This document shows positions 18,252 through 28,201 of a DNA stretch of 64,000 nt, piece by piece. Every line of letters starts with the position of its first letter. Positions within the stretch are counted from its first letter, which is position 1. Both the position numbers and the translations under genes were made by a program. The stretch comes from Oceanispirochaeta sp. (GTDB lineage Bacteria; Spirochaetota; Spirochaetia; DSM-2461). A model generated the notes under the pieces. It was given only the letters and a program-made list of their open reading frames with translations. It had not been told where the DNA came from and did not search any database. The stretch lies in the NCBI GenBank assembly GCA_963666275.2, contig CAXXOA010000001.1, forward strand, positions 1,088,001 through 1,152,000, given 5' to 3'.

Positions 18252-19532
18252 CTAGGAATTGTGAATATCCCCGTAATATCTCTGTCCGAAAAAGTTCCCC
18301 AGGATGGTTCTCAGGTTATGGTCAATCTCCGCATAGGAGTAGTATTTCAGGCCCAGATTGTAGTTCTTATTGGTCATTTTCTCTACCACATCGGGGTTAT
18401 CCAGCAGATATTCCACCTCTTTAATGGTTTCGTTGGTAATAAAATCATCTATCTCTACCACTTCAAACCCCTTGGGCTTTATATCATGGGAGTAAATGGA
18501 GTAATTGTTCACCAGTATGGGCTTCCGGAACCAGATGGTCTCCAGGAAGGCATTGCCGAAACCCTCTATCAGGGACGGGTAGGTAACGAAATCCGCATGG
18601 GGATAGATATCCTGCAGGGTATATACCTTTCTGCCGTCGGGAAGGATCTTCCTCTGCTCCTGAATCAGCTCCTCCACAAAAATGGCTCTTACATGGAGAA
18701 GATCCGCAAACTCTCTGACCCGGTTTTCATACTCGAACCCTTCGTCTCCCGAGGCATGGGAGATGACAAACACGCTTTTTCTCCCTTTCAGACGGGAGAC
18801 CATCTCTATGGCATGTTCGATTCCCTTCCGCTGAACAACCCGGGTGGGCTGCAGGATCAGCAGTTCATCCTCTTCTATACCCAGTGCCTGGCGGATGTCC
18901 CTGCTGTAATCGTCAATGCCGGGAGGATCGTTCTCAAAATCCATCACATTGGGAATCAGAGTCGAGGCGATTCCCGTTCTGAGAGCCAGCTGATTCTGTC
19001 CTGATGTATTGATAACCACATGGGAAACGCTGTTCAGGTGGGGGGGATAGCAGGAGTTGATATAATCCCAGACGCAATTTGTAAGGAACCTCTTCCTCTC
19101 CCAGAAAAAATCATGGTGATGGGCAATGGTAGGAATATTCGTTTCAGCTATATATTCTGTTATGGCCATGGCAAGAGGGACGTTCAGAGGAATGGTTACC
19201 GCATTCTGCGGTATAAGGACATCAATCTGAAACTTTTCCACAAAGGCATAGATGTGGCTTTTATAGATATCCCGCCATTTATGGATCCGGTCCGTCAGCT
19301 CTCTCGGCCTTACACGCTGTTTAAAGCACTGCTCGTAAATATCCTTTGATTCGGGATACTGAAAATGGAGGGATTCCACGAGCATGCTGACCTCTTTAGG
19401 TCTGTCCAGCTCTCCTGCCAGGTAGTAGCAGGTGTGTCCCATCCTTTCCAGTACGGTCGCCCATTTTGAAATTTCAAGGCTGACCCCGTCTGTTCCGGCG
19501 ATTCTGAATGAAATAAACCCAATTTTTTTCAT
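18252..19532 (-). CDS. GT4 glycosyltransferase, mannosylglucosylglycerate-synthase-like
   Basis: GTDGVSLE..KW, HHHDFFWER, TRVVQRKGIE and YPSLIEGFGNAFLE motifs. Confidence 0.8.
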   Translation of the reverse strand: MKKIGFISFRIAGTDGVSLEISKWATVLERMGHTCYYLAGELDRPKEVSMLVESLHFQYPESKDIYEQCFKQRVRPRELTDRIHKWRDIYKSHIYAFVEKFQIDVLIPQNAVTIPLNVPLAMAITEYIAETNIPTIAHHHDFFWERKRFLTNCVWDYINSCYPPHLNSVSHVVINTSGQNQLALRTGIASTLIPNVMDFENDPPGIDDYSRDIRQALGIEEDELLILQPTRVVQRKGIEHAIEMVSRLKGRKSVFVISHASGDEGFEYENRVREFADLLHVRAIFVEELIQEQRKILPDGRKVYTLQDIYPHADFVTYPSLIEGFGNAFLETIWFRKPILVNNYSIYSHDIKPKGFEVVEIDDFITNETIKEVEYLLDNPDVVEKMTNKNYNLGLKYYSYAEIDHNLRTILGNFFGQRYYGDIHNS

Positions 19533-19598
19533 GATGCCTCCCGCTCAAGTGCTAATAATAATCTTAGAGTCATAGGGAGAGGTTTTACAATGTTTTTT

Positions 19599-19955
19599 TC
19601 ATTTCATCCCTTTCCCGCCGGGTTTTCCAAGGATCTCAGACCACACAAAGGCTTTCTGGAGGGGAGGGAGGGCTTCCAGTTTTCTGAGAGGCTCATTGAC
19701 GGCGGACCCGGAAAAACCCTCCCGGCTGTCCCGGAGTATACGGCCCGGCAGGGGGCCTTCGTTTCTTCGGGAAAGGGATTCAGCTGGCTCTTTCTCCTCT
19801 TCTGTCTTCTCTCTGAGAGGTTTTTTTTTCAGATCCCCCCCCTTTTTCAGTTTCCTTTTCTGAAGAAACCGCATAATCCCGGGACTGAAGGCCAGGAAAA
19901 AGAGGAGGAACAGCGGAGGAAGCATCTCAAGGAGTTCACCGGAAAACTCTTCCAT
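19599..19955 (-). CDS. Small membrane-anchored hypothetical protein at the end of the floA operon
   Basis: One N-terminal TM, C-terminal LQKAFVWSEILGKP, and TAATG overlap with floA. Confidence 0.7.
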   Translation of the reverse strand: MEEFSGELLEMLPPLFLLFFLAFSPGIMRFLQKRKLKKGGDLKKKPLREKTEEEKEPAESLSRRNEGPLPGRILRDSREGFSGSAVNEPLRKLEALPPLQKAFVWSEILGKPGGKGMK

Positions 19956-20962
19956 TATTTCTGCCCTTCCGGATCATTCATTCCTGACTCTCCGGCTATA
20001 TTGTTTCTCATTGTGGTATCAGCCTGAATATTCCGCATCCTGTAGTAGTCCATAATTCCCAGATTGCCGCTGCGGAAGGCCTCGGCCATGGCTTTGGGTA
20101 CTTCCACCTCGGCCAGGACGACTTTGGCCCGGTTTTCCCTTTCCAGAGCGATATTCTCCTGTTCCAGAGCCCGTGCGGCTGCCCGTCTCTGTTCGGCCAC
20201 CGCCTGAAAGCGCCTCTTGTCAGCCTCCGCCTGATCCGCCTGGAGCTTGGCGCCCACATTTTCTCCCACATCCACATCGGCGATATCGATAGAGAGGATT
20301 TCAAAGGCGGTTCCCGCGTCCAGTCCCTTTTCCAGAACCCTTTTCGAGATAAGATCGGGATTTTCAAGGACTTCCTTGTAGGTCACGGCCGAACCGATGG
20401 TTGTGACGATACCTTCTCCCACCCTGGCAATGATGGTCTCTTCGGTCGCTCCTCCCACGAGCCTCTCTATATTGGCTCTCACTGTAACTCGGGCCCGGGC
20501 TTTCAGCTGAATCCCGTCTTTGGCCACCGCATCAATGGTTATCCTGCCTTTCTGGGGATTGGGGCAGTCTATCACCTTGGGGTTAACGCTGGTCCGCACG
20601 GCATCGAGCACATCCCTTCCCGCCAGATCAATGGCGGCGGCTTTCTGAAAGTTCAGAGGAATGGCCGCTTTGTTGGCAGCGATCAGGGCTTTGCTCACTT
20701 TTATAACATCCCCTCCTGCCAGATAGTGGGTCTCCAGCAGGTCCGAATCGGTCTGCAGACCCGCTTTGGTCAGCATGATTCTGCTGTCTACGATCACATT
20801 GGATTTCACCCGTCTGATCCACATTCCCACAAGGCGGCCCATCGTAATATGAGCTCCCGACAGGAGTGCTCTGAACCAGAGACTGAAAAATTTGAGAAAA
20901 AAAGCCACAAGTATCAGAATCAGTATGCCAATAACCACATAGGCGATAATCTGTACCATCAT
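19955..20962 (-). CDS. floA: Flotillin-like protein FloA (YqfA family)
   Basis: [51 protein letters not shown] and GIMDYY motifs. Confidence 0.93.
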   Translation of the reverse strand: MMVQIIAYVVIGILILILVAFFLKFFSLWFRALLSGAHITMGRLVGMWIRRVKSNVIVDSRIMLTKAGLQTDSDLLETHYLAGGDVIKVSKALIAANKAAIPLNFQKAAAIDLAGRDVLDAVRTSVNPKVIDCPNPQKGRITIDAVAKDGIQLKARARVTVRANIERLVGGATEETIIARVGEGIVTTIGSAVTYKEVLENPDLISKRVLEKGLDAGTAFEILSIDIADVDVGENVGAKLQADQAEADKRRFQAVAEQRRAAARALEQENIALERENRAKVVLAEVEVPKAMAEAFRSGNLGIMDYYRMRNIQADTTMRNNIAGESGMNDPEGQK

Positions 20963-21450
20963 TCTCCTCCTCGTCTTTCATCAGGATCTGAAATTTTCCT
21001 TACTTCGATCCTGTTACCGTCAATCTTTCTGATCTCGATCGGTGATCCGACGGCAATATAGTCACCACCGGTCACAACACTGACCTTTTTCTGCTCAATC
21101 AGGGCAGTTCCCGATGGTCTCAGGTCTGTCAGGGCCTTTCCTGTCATCCCGGGGTGGAACAATCCCTCTTCTTCCCCATTTTCAGGGGGAAAGAGGATCA
21201 GTTTCTTTCCGATCCTGCTGCGGGGAAATCGTTTGAACCAGAGCACGATAACCAGAGGATTGAGAACCACAAGTGCTGCTATGAACAGAATCCCCGCGGT
21301 GGGGCCGTACCAGGTAAATCCGATCACAACGGCGGCGATCATACATCCCGCTCCCACCAGACCGATCAGACCCGCTGCCGGAACAAAAAGCTCAATCACC
21401 AGGGCTGCCAGACCAATCACAGCCAGAAGGATCGCATAAATCAGGTTCAT
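20959..21450 (-). CDS. Short NfeD-family protein
   Basis: TM helices followed by an OB fold [14 protein letters not shown]. Confidence 0.85.
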   Translation of the reverse strand: MNLIYAILLAVIGLAALVIELFVPAAGLIGLVGAGCMIAAVVIGFTWYGPTAGILFIAALVVLNPLVIVLWFKRFPRSRIGKKLILFPPENGEEEGLFHPGMTGKALTDLRPSGTALIEQKKVSVVTGGDYIAVGSPIEIRKIDGNRIEVRKISDPDERRGGE

Positions 21451-22901
21451 AGGCGCATCACCTTTATCCGGTTTCCCGACTTTTCTATAATCTGGATCGG
21501 GCTTCCCGCGGCAATGTACTCTCCGTCCGACTCCACAGGGAAAATCTCATCATCAAACTGCCCTTTTCCGGCTGGCCGTAAATCTGTCAGGGCGATGCCT
21601 GTTCGGACTCCCGGGGGAGTCTGTACCGGAAGTGTCTCTTCCTGTATCTCCGGTGTCGTGAGGATCAGTCTGCTGAACAGGGGAAGCCGGGGAAAGAGAG
21701 CCATGATCAGAGCGGCCAGAACCCCCGAGGAGACGAGGGCCACCATCACGATCAGGAGATTCCTCAGAAAAAGTTCAATCTGCCACTGATAGTCGGGGAT
21801 GATGAAATCCTGACGGGAGAACACAAGACCCGCTGCCATCAGAGCCAGACCGGAAATGCCTGTTACACCGAAACCGGGTATCAGGAAAATTTCCACAGCC
21901 AGAAGCATGACTCCCAGGATAAAAAGGAGCAGTTCCAGAGACCCCATGGTTCCCATCAGGGCTCCTCCCAGGAATACCACGGAAAATGCGGCAATGGCCA
22001 CAGTGCCGGGAATTCCGAATCCCGGGCTTGTGATTTCAAGATACACAGCCACCAGTCCCAGAGTGATGAGGAGGCTTGTAACAACACCTCCTGTCATCAG
22101 CGCCACCAGTTGGTCCGCCCGGGACTCCTCCAGAACAATCACATCCTCTTCTTTCAGATTCAGACGTTTCAGGAGTTCCGCCCGGGAGGCAACGGTTCCT
22201 GAGGAGATCCCGTACTTCTCCATCTCGCCCGCCGTCAGGGTGAGGAGCTTTCCCTTGCCTGATATCACAGGCCCGGGGATGAGCTCCTGTCCCTGGGCGG
22301 CAGTTCTTTCTGTCAGCGAAGACAGCTCGGAATCCCGTATAAGCTGCAGCCGGCCGTCCATTGTGACCTCTCTGACAATCACATCCATGTCCACCATCCC
22401 CAGAGCCGCGGCCGCGGGGTATCCGTTCTTTTCCGCCAGAGCCGCCATCTGGCCTCTCACGGCGGAAACGGTTTTTTCCGGAGCCATGGTCATCCCTTCG
22501 GTAGACTGATACACAGGAGCCGCCGCCCCCAGGGAGGTCCCGGAAGCCATATAGATTTTATTGGCTGAAAAAGAGATGAGAGCTCCGGCGGACCAGCTGA
22601 CTCCCAGAGATTCCGCTCCGGCGGATATGAATGCCACCGTCTCTGTTTCACTGAGCGAACCGATCAGGGTGGCTATCTGAAGGGCCGTGTCGACCCGGCC
22701 GCCGAAGGTATTGATATCAAAAATGATCCTGTCGGCATCGCCGGCTTTTTCAATGCTGCGCCTGAGGAAGATCAGCCTGAAAGGCTCAATATCCCCCTGG
22801 AGTGGAATGATATAGGTATTTCCGGGCAGTAAGCCCACAGTACAGAAAAGCAGGAGACAGAAGCAGAGAGCTTTCCGGATAGAAACAGGAGAGTTTTTCA
22901 T
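21447..22901 (-). CDS. Long NfeD-family membrane serine protease (YqeZ-like)
   Basis: ClpP-like INTFGG..SAGALI..GAAAPV, TM region with EI.SPGFG, and C-terminal TDLRPAG. Confidence 0.88.
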   Translation of the reverse strand: MKNSPVSIRKALCFCLLLFCTVGLLPGNTYIIPLQGDIEPFRLIFLRRSIEKAGDADRIIFDINTFGGRVDTALQIATLIGSLSETETVAFISAGAESLGVSWSAGALISFSANKIYMASGTSLGAAAPVYQSTEGMTMAPEKTVSAVRGQMAALAEKNGYPAAAALGMVDMDVIVREVTMDGRLQLIRDSELSSLTERTAAQGQELIPGPVISGKGKLLTLTAGEMEKYGISSGTVASRAELLKRLNLKEEDVIVLEESRADQLVALMTGGVVTSLLITLGLVAVYLEITSPGFGIPGTVAIAAFSVVFLGGALMGTMGSLELLLFILGVMLLAVEIFLIPGFGVTGISGLALMAAGLVFSRQDFIIPDYQWQIELFLRNLLIVMVALVSSGVLAALIMALFPRLPLFSRLILTTPEIQEETLPVQTPPGVRTGIALTDLRPAGKGQFDDEIFPVESDGEYIAAGSPIQIIEKSGNRIKVMRL

Positions 22902-22969
22902 CGGATACTCCTGAACTAAATATTAGTCTATTGGAACAGGGGATGCAAAAGGGTATAATCCTTTTCACC

Positions 22970-23659
22970 ATGACAGATATGACCGATTTCTATCCTCCCG
23001 GCATCAAAGTGGCATTTTTTGACCTTGACGAGACTCTGATCAGCAGGGATTCCGATACAGAATGGGCCCGATGGCGGGCCCGGCGAAGCCTCTGGGGCTG
23101 GAGGGATCTTCTGGGAATGAGAAGGATCAACAGGCTCTATTACTCTCACAGGCTCACAGCCCGGGAGTATGGTCAGTACCATCTCTCGCGGGCCTCCTCC
23201 ATGAGCACCAGCCGGTATCCTCTTCTGGCCTCCCGTTTTGCCCGGACCGCGGGAAAGGCACTTGTGTACCCTGAAATGGCAGCTGTTCTGAAGGCGGGAG
23301 CAGAGCGGGATATAAGGAATATTATGATAACCGCTCAGGATGAAGTGATCGGATCGGCCTTTGCGTCCCTTCTGGATATTCCTGTCTGTATTGCCAGCAG
23401 GTATACCACAGAGAATCAGCGCTATACGGGCATGATCTCCCCCCTGGTCTTTCAGGAGGGCAAAGTTTTCTGGGCCGGGGAATACCTGAAAAAAGAGAAT
23501 CTGAGCTTTGAAGAGTGTGCGTTCTTTTCGGACAGTCTGAATGATCTGCCCCTTCTGGAGAAGTGCGGATTTCCCGTGGCCGTTCACCCCGGAAAGGAAC
23601 TGGAGGCTCTGGCAGAAAAAAGATCCTGGCCTGTCCTCCGTCCCTCTCTGTCAGAATAG
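22970..23659 (+). CDS. HAD-superfamily IB hydrolase
   Basis: FFDLDETL, ITA, GK and FSDSLNDLPLL motifs. Promoter TTGGAA(22931)-17-TATAAT(22954) lies 10 nt before the ATG. Confidence 0.88.
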   Translation: MTDMTDFYPPGIKVAFFDLDETLISRDSDTEWARWRARRSLWGWRDLLGMRRINRLYYSHRLTAREYGQYHLSRASSMSTSRYPLLASRFARTAGKALVYPEMAAVLKAGAERDIRNIMITAQDEVIGSAFASLLDIPVCIASRYTTENQRYTGMISPLVFQEGKVFWAGEYLKKENLSFEECAFFSDSLNDLPLLEKCGFPVAVHPGKELEALAEKRSWPVLRPSLSE

Positions 23660-24610
23660 TTCTATCGTTCCCTCCTGAACCATGGAGGAAAAGTCGAATT
23701 CCTCGACCGCTTCGGGATTCCAGTTCAGATTGAAGATAAATTTCTGTATGATCCGGGCTTCCTGTGACAGGGACAGCTGATCCTTCAGAATGTACTCAAA
23801 ACAGAGCTGGGGAGTGTTGCCGCCGAAAGAGATATTCTTGCTCTTGTTGTTGATAATTATGGGAACCTGAATATCCAGGCCTGTAGAGTCATAGAACCCG
23901 TCTTTGATAAACACATTCTTGAACCCTCCCCACATAAGGTTGGTCAGTTCTCCGATCATGGGAGGGATGGACAGTTCCGGTTCTTTGGAATAGTCCGGAT
24001 TCTTTCCGCTCTGTCTCAGAACGCTGTGAAGATTCTCCATATCCACCTGAACCATCATATATCCCCGGCACCAGCTTGTATTGACCGGGATCAGAGAGAC
24101 AACCTCTCCGTAGATAATCTTATCCCGGATAAGAGTCGGGGCGGGGGTGTGGATCTCCATGCCCCTTACAAGGGATTCTATGCTCCTGACGGAAAACTCC
24201 TGAATCTGTTTTATCATTTCCGCCGGATATTTGAGTATGAAAATATGGCTTGTTAACAGTTTGGAAAGTTTTTCCGCTTCTGAAATGTGAAAAAAACCGT
24301 CAAAAAGATGGGGCTTGTCAGAAGGGATCTCTTTTTCATCCTCTTTGTTTTCCAGTCTCAGGAACAGGGGGAGTTCGGGGCGGATCAGCTTGAGTTTTTC
24401 GGCCAGTTCAATATAGTTGCCCTGATTATTTACAAATAGGGCGCCCAGATGGATATTCTTGCTGAGAATAACATCTATTATCTCAAGATCGCCTATGGAC
24501 CGCAGTCCCGTCAGATTGTTTTTTTCAAAAATCTTTTTCAGCTTGGGAAGAACCGAAATGTCTGTATCAAAGGTCAGAACCTTGCTGTTGAGAGATAACT
24601 CTTCATTCAT
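23651..24610 (-). CDS. Receiver-like N-terminal domain plus CheX-like phosphatase domain
   Basis: C-terminal GELTNLMWGGFK (ExxN) followed by IQVPIII. N-terminal alpha/beta domain with RPELPLFLR. RBS AGGAG. Confidence 0.65.
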   Translation of the reverse strand: MNEELSLNSKVLTFDTDISVLPKLKKIFEKNNLTGLRSIGDLEIIDVILSKNIHLGALFVNNQGNYIELAEKLKLIRPELPLFLRLENKEDEKEIPSDKPHLFDGFFHISEAEKLSKLLTSHIFILKYPAEMIKQIQEFSVRSIESLVRGMEIHTPAPTLIRDKIIYGEVVSLIPVNTSWCRGYMMVQVDMENLHSVLRQSGKNPDYSKEPELSIPPMIGELTNLMWGGFKNVFIKDGFYDSTGLDIQVPIIINNKSKNISFGGNTPQLCFEYILKDQLSLSQEARIIQKFIFNLNWNPEAVEEFDFSSMVQEGTIELF

Positions 24611-24684
24611 TGAGATACTCCTGTTTTATAGTACAGATAAAATTGTAATACATTTCCCGGGGAAAGGGAGTATTTTTTCCGATT

Positions 24685-26073
24685 CTATTCCTCTTCAGGG
24701 TCCATATTCAGAGCGGCCGCCTCATGGGGCATGGTTCTGTGGTAGGGTCTGAAATAGGTTTTGGGAGAGTAGTCGTAGAGATCGGAAACCTTTGTCATAT
24801 AGATACAGGCATACCTTTCCACCTGCTCAGCATAACGGCTCTCATCGTAACCCGAACGGAGGATCTCTCCCCAGTAGGGATTGAAGAAGGATTTATACTT
24901 TTTAAGGAGTTCCGATACCTGGGTATTCAGCTTGTCCATGGCTTCAAACAGATCGTTGATATCACTGCGGGGGATGTTCTCTCCTTCGAAACGAAGGGCA
25001 TCCAGTCTGTTTATCTCCCTTTCCAGGGTTGTCTTTTTTTTCATCAGTTCATTGATCTTCTGCTGTACAGGCCGGGCATTCACAAGACCTTCCATTTCTC
25101 TTTCCAGATCATTGAGAACCAGGGCTGTCCGCCAGTTGCAGGTTTTTTTGATAGAGACGACGTCACCGTAGATATGGTCGCCCAGGTAGAGGATCTCGCT
25201 TCCCGAATAGCCCATGTCCTGCTGAAGTTTGCCGAACCAGCCGCCCTGATAGATCCCTGTATCCACTTTGCCGTCGTAGTTGCTCATCAGCGCTGTTTCA
25301 GGGTCAATTTTCAGAAACCTTCCTCTCCGTTCAAAAAAGCGGGGTTTGTCCGCAAAGGTGATGACAAGATCAAAGACTTCCTGCCATGTGCGGTGCTTTT
25401 TCAGATAGGGGTTGATGGCGTAATCCAGAAGCACCCGGGAGTACTCATAGTCGGAATTGGTAATGATCATCAGTTTTTTACCGTAATCCTTGTACCGTTC
25501 CAGCATGCCCGCCACCTGGGGATCCCTAACGACATATCTGTCGAAATCTTCTCTGAGCCTGGATTTTATACTGTCGTCCTGATGAAGCTGATCAATCGCA
25601 TGATTCACATCATCCGCCAGCACATGATAGGGGGGAAGGTCCAGCCCGTCGTTCTTGAGCTGCACAAGCTGGGAGTAGAGAACGCCGTTTGAAATGGCGA
25701 AAGAGGTATCAAGACTCTGAAAATCCGGATCCCGCAGATCGATGGCCATTTCCTGGTAGATCTTTTGCTGCCTGTAGTAGTCAAGCTGATTCAGACCATG
25801 ATAGGCCTGCTTCACCTTGCCGTGCCGGCTCACCTGCAAAAGATTGCCGTTCCGCCGGTCAATGACCAGTCCCACAATGGCTCTCTGAAAATCAAACTCC
25901 AGCCGGGCGACCTCTTCGGGATAGTCAAAGGCTTCGGTCAGACGCCGGGCTGCCAGGTTATGGGTGAGAGTTTCGAACTCCTCCGCATTATACCGGACCA
26001 GTGTATAGTCCATATCAAAGCCGATCAGCTTGATATTTTTCATATTCAGAACACGATTGATAAATACTGCCAT
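24685..26073 (-). CDS. HAD-IG 5'-nucleotidase (cN-II/NT5C2 family)
   Basis: GFDMDYTL, ITNS, KPRFF, YLGDHIYGD, WRT and RYACIY motifs. Confidence 0.92.
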   Translation of the reverse strand: MAVFINRVLNMKNIKLIGFDMDYTLVRYNAEEFETLTHNLAARRLTEAFDYPEEVARLEFDFQRAIVGLVIDRRNGNLLQVSRHGKVKQAYHGLNQLDYYRQQKIYQEMAIDLRDPDFQSLDTSFAISNGVLYSQLVQLKNDGLDLPPYHVLADDVNHAIDQLHQDDSIKSRLREDFDRYVVRDPQVAGMLERYKDYGKKLMIITNSDYEYSRVLLDYAINPYLKKHRTWQEVFDLVITFADKPRFFERRGRFLKIDPETALMSNYDGKVDTGIYQGGWFGKLQQDMGYSGSEILYLGDHIYGDVVSIKKTCNWRTALVLNDLEREMEGLVNARPVQQKINELMKKKTTLEREINRLDALRFEGENIPRSDINDLFEAMDKLNTQVSELLKKYKSFFNPYWGEILRSGYDESRYAEQVERYACIYMTKVSDLYDYSPKTYFRPYHRTMPHEAAALNMDPEEE

Positions 26074-26083
26074 AACAGAAATA

Positions 26084-28180
26084 CTAGCCTTTGCCCGTAT
26101 GTTTTACAAGGTATTCGTATACCTCGTGCTGGGACTGATTTTTTTCTTCACCATCGGCAATTTCCTGGTAGTTGTTAACAAGGTCTCTGTCCAGGATCCG
26201 GGCCTTCCGGTTGTCCCGCCACTGGATTTCGAAAATGTCCTTGAGTTCCTGTTTCAGGCTTTTCCTGTAGACAGGACAGGTCACTTCCACCCGCCTGTCT
26301 ATGTTTCTGCCCAGCCAGTCTGCCGAAGAGATATAGCACAGAGAGTCACCGCCGTTGCGGAAAATAAAAAACCGGGCGTGTTCCAGGTACTGGTCCACGA
26401 TGCTTATGGCTTCGATATTCTCGCTGAACCCTTCGATTCCCGGCACCAGAGAGAACCGGCTCCGGCAGATAATCCTGATTTTCACACCCGCGTTGGAGGC
26501 TTCGTAGAGCTTCTGGATAACCCCTTCGTCACTGAGGTTGTTGAGTTTCAGACGTATGGACGCTCTTTCTCCCTTCCTGGCGAATTCAATTTCATTTTCG
26601 ATCAGGCTGTATATATTTTTCCTCAGGTCATAGGGGGAAATGATGAGGTTGTTTCCCCGCTTATGACGGTAGTTGTTCTCGAAAAAATCAAAGAGCGAGT
26701 CAACCTCGGCACCTATGTCCGGATTGGCAGTCATAAGGAAGCAGTCCGTATAGAGACGGGCTGTATCCTCGTTGAGATTCCCCGTGCCTATTCCCGAATA
26801 GTGGGTGGTGCTGCCTTTTTCTCTCCGGTTGATCAGGAGCAGTTTGGAATGAACCTTCAGGCCTTCCACACCGAATATGACCTTGATGCCGTTCTCCTTG
26901 AGGACATTGGCCCAGAATATATTGTTTTCCTCGTCAAAACGGGCTTTCAGTTCCAGAATGACAAGTACTTCTTTTCTGTTCTTTTTGGCATTGATCAGAG
27001 CATTCACCACGCTGGAGAAGCGGGCCACCCTGTAGAGTGTCACCTTGATGCTTTCCACATGGGGATCAATAGAGGCATCCCGCAACAGGTCGATCACAGT
27101 ATCAAAGCTGTGATAGGGAAAGTAGAGGAGTGTATCTTTGTGGCGGATTGCGGAAAAGAGACTTTTCCTTTCGGGGAAATGCCGGTGCTGAATGGGAGGA
27201 TTGTTTTTCGAGCAGTCCAGCCCCACCAGTTTGGGAAAGCGGATGAAATCGCTGAAATAGTGATAGCGTCCTCCGGGAGTCACTGTTTCATGCTCCCTGA
27301 ATTTGAGCTTTTTCATAAACATGTCAAGCAGATCTTCCGGCATGGTACTGTCGTAGAGAAACCAGATGGGAGCGCCTTCCTTTCTCTTTTTCACGCTTTC
27401 GTTGACCTTGTTCATGTAACTGAGATTCAGGTCATCATCATCGATATCCAGTTCCGCGTCCCTTACGATCTTGACGTTCCAGGCCCGGATATCCTGATAC
27501 TTGTGGTCCTTGAAAATGGTGTGCAGACCGATCCTGACAATTTCATCGATCAGTATGATGCTCTGGATTCCCTTTTCTCCGGGGAGTCTTATAAAACGGG
27601 GGATCACTTTGGTGGGAATCTCAATGATACTGTATTTCTGTTTGAGACTGTTTTTCTGTTTTTTGTACATCTCTACCGCCAGGTAGAGGGTTTTATCCTT
27701 GAGTTCAGGCAGTTTGTAGCGCATATCCACCATGATGGGGAAAATCTTGTGACGTACCTCTTTTTCAAAAAAGTCCATGACAAATGCCCTCTGGGATTCG
27801 GACAAATGCTCCTCATCCAGCAGAAAAATATCCTTTTCATTCAGTTCGTCCATGACCGCGGACATGATTGTGTTGAACCGTCTTCTCTGGTCCATGACTT
27901 CTTCCTGAATATTCTTCAGGGCTTTCAGAGGAGATTCCTTCAAGGCCAGCTCTCCGCCTTTTCCCATCTGGCAGAGCCGGCGCATCATAGCCACTCTCAC
28001 ACGGAAGAACTCATCCAGATTGGAGGAGTATATGCCCAGAAATTTGATCCTCTCTCCCAGCGGATTCCTCTTGTCTTCCGCTTCCTGCAGAACTCTGTCG
28101 TTGAATGACAGCCAGCTGATCTCCTTGTTTATGAAAGGATATTTTCTTGTGGATGCAATTTTTTTTGAATGAAAAGGCAC
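26084..28180 (-). CDS. ppk1: Polyphosphate kinase 1
   Basis: EISWLSFNDRVL, NLDEFFRVRVA, PYHSF, ELKARFDEENN, KVHSK, LEHAR and RRVE motifs. Confidence 0.97.
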   Translation of the reverse strand: MPFHSKKIASTRKYPFINKEISWLSFNDRVLQEAEDKRNPLGERIKFLGIYSSNLDEFFRVRVAMMRRLCQMGKGGELALKESPLKALKNIQEEVMDQRRRFNTIMSAVMDELNEKDIFLLDEEHLSESQRAFVMDFFEKEVRHKIFPIMVDMRYKLPELKDKTLYLAVEMYKKQKNSLKQKYSIIEIPTKVIPRFIRLPGEKGIQSIILIDEIVRIGLHTIFKDHKYQDIRAWNVKIVRDAELDIDDDDLNLSYMNKVNESVKKRKEGAPIWFLYDSTMPEDLLDMFMKKLKFREHETVTPGGRYHYFSDFIRFPKLVGLDCSKNNPPIQHRHFPERKSLFSAIRHKDTLLYFPYHSFDTVIDLLRDASIDPHVESIKVTLYRVARFSSVVNALINAKKNRKEVLVILELKARFDEENNIFWANVLKENGIKVIFGVEGLKVHSKLLLINRREKGSTTHYSGIGTGNLNEDTARLYTDCFLMTANPDIGAEVDSLFDFFENNYRHKRGNNLIISPYDLRKNIYSLIENEIEFARKGERASIRLKLNNLSDEGVIQKLYEASNAGVKIRIICRSRFSLVPGIEGFSENIEAISIVDQYLEHARFFIFRNGGDSLCYISSADWLGRNIDRRVEVTCPVYRKSLKQELKDIFEIQWRDNRKARILDRDLVNNYQEIADGEEKNQSQHEVYEYLVKHTGKG

Positions 28181-28201
28181 TATAACTCCTCTGGTGTATT
28201 T

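Noticed and set aside
26030..28108. 692-aa plus-strand ORF
   Set aside because: Antisense shadow of ppk1 with no motifs; explained by codon bias on the coding strand.
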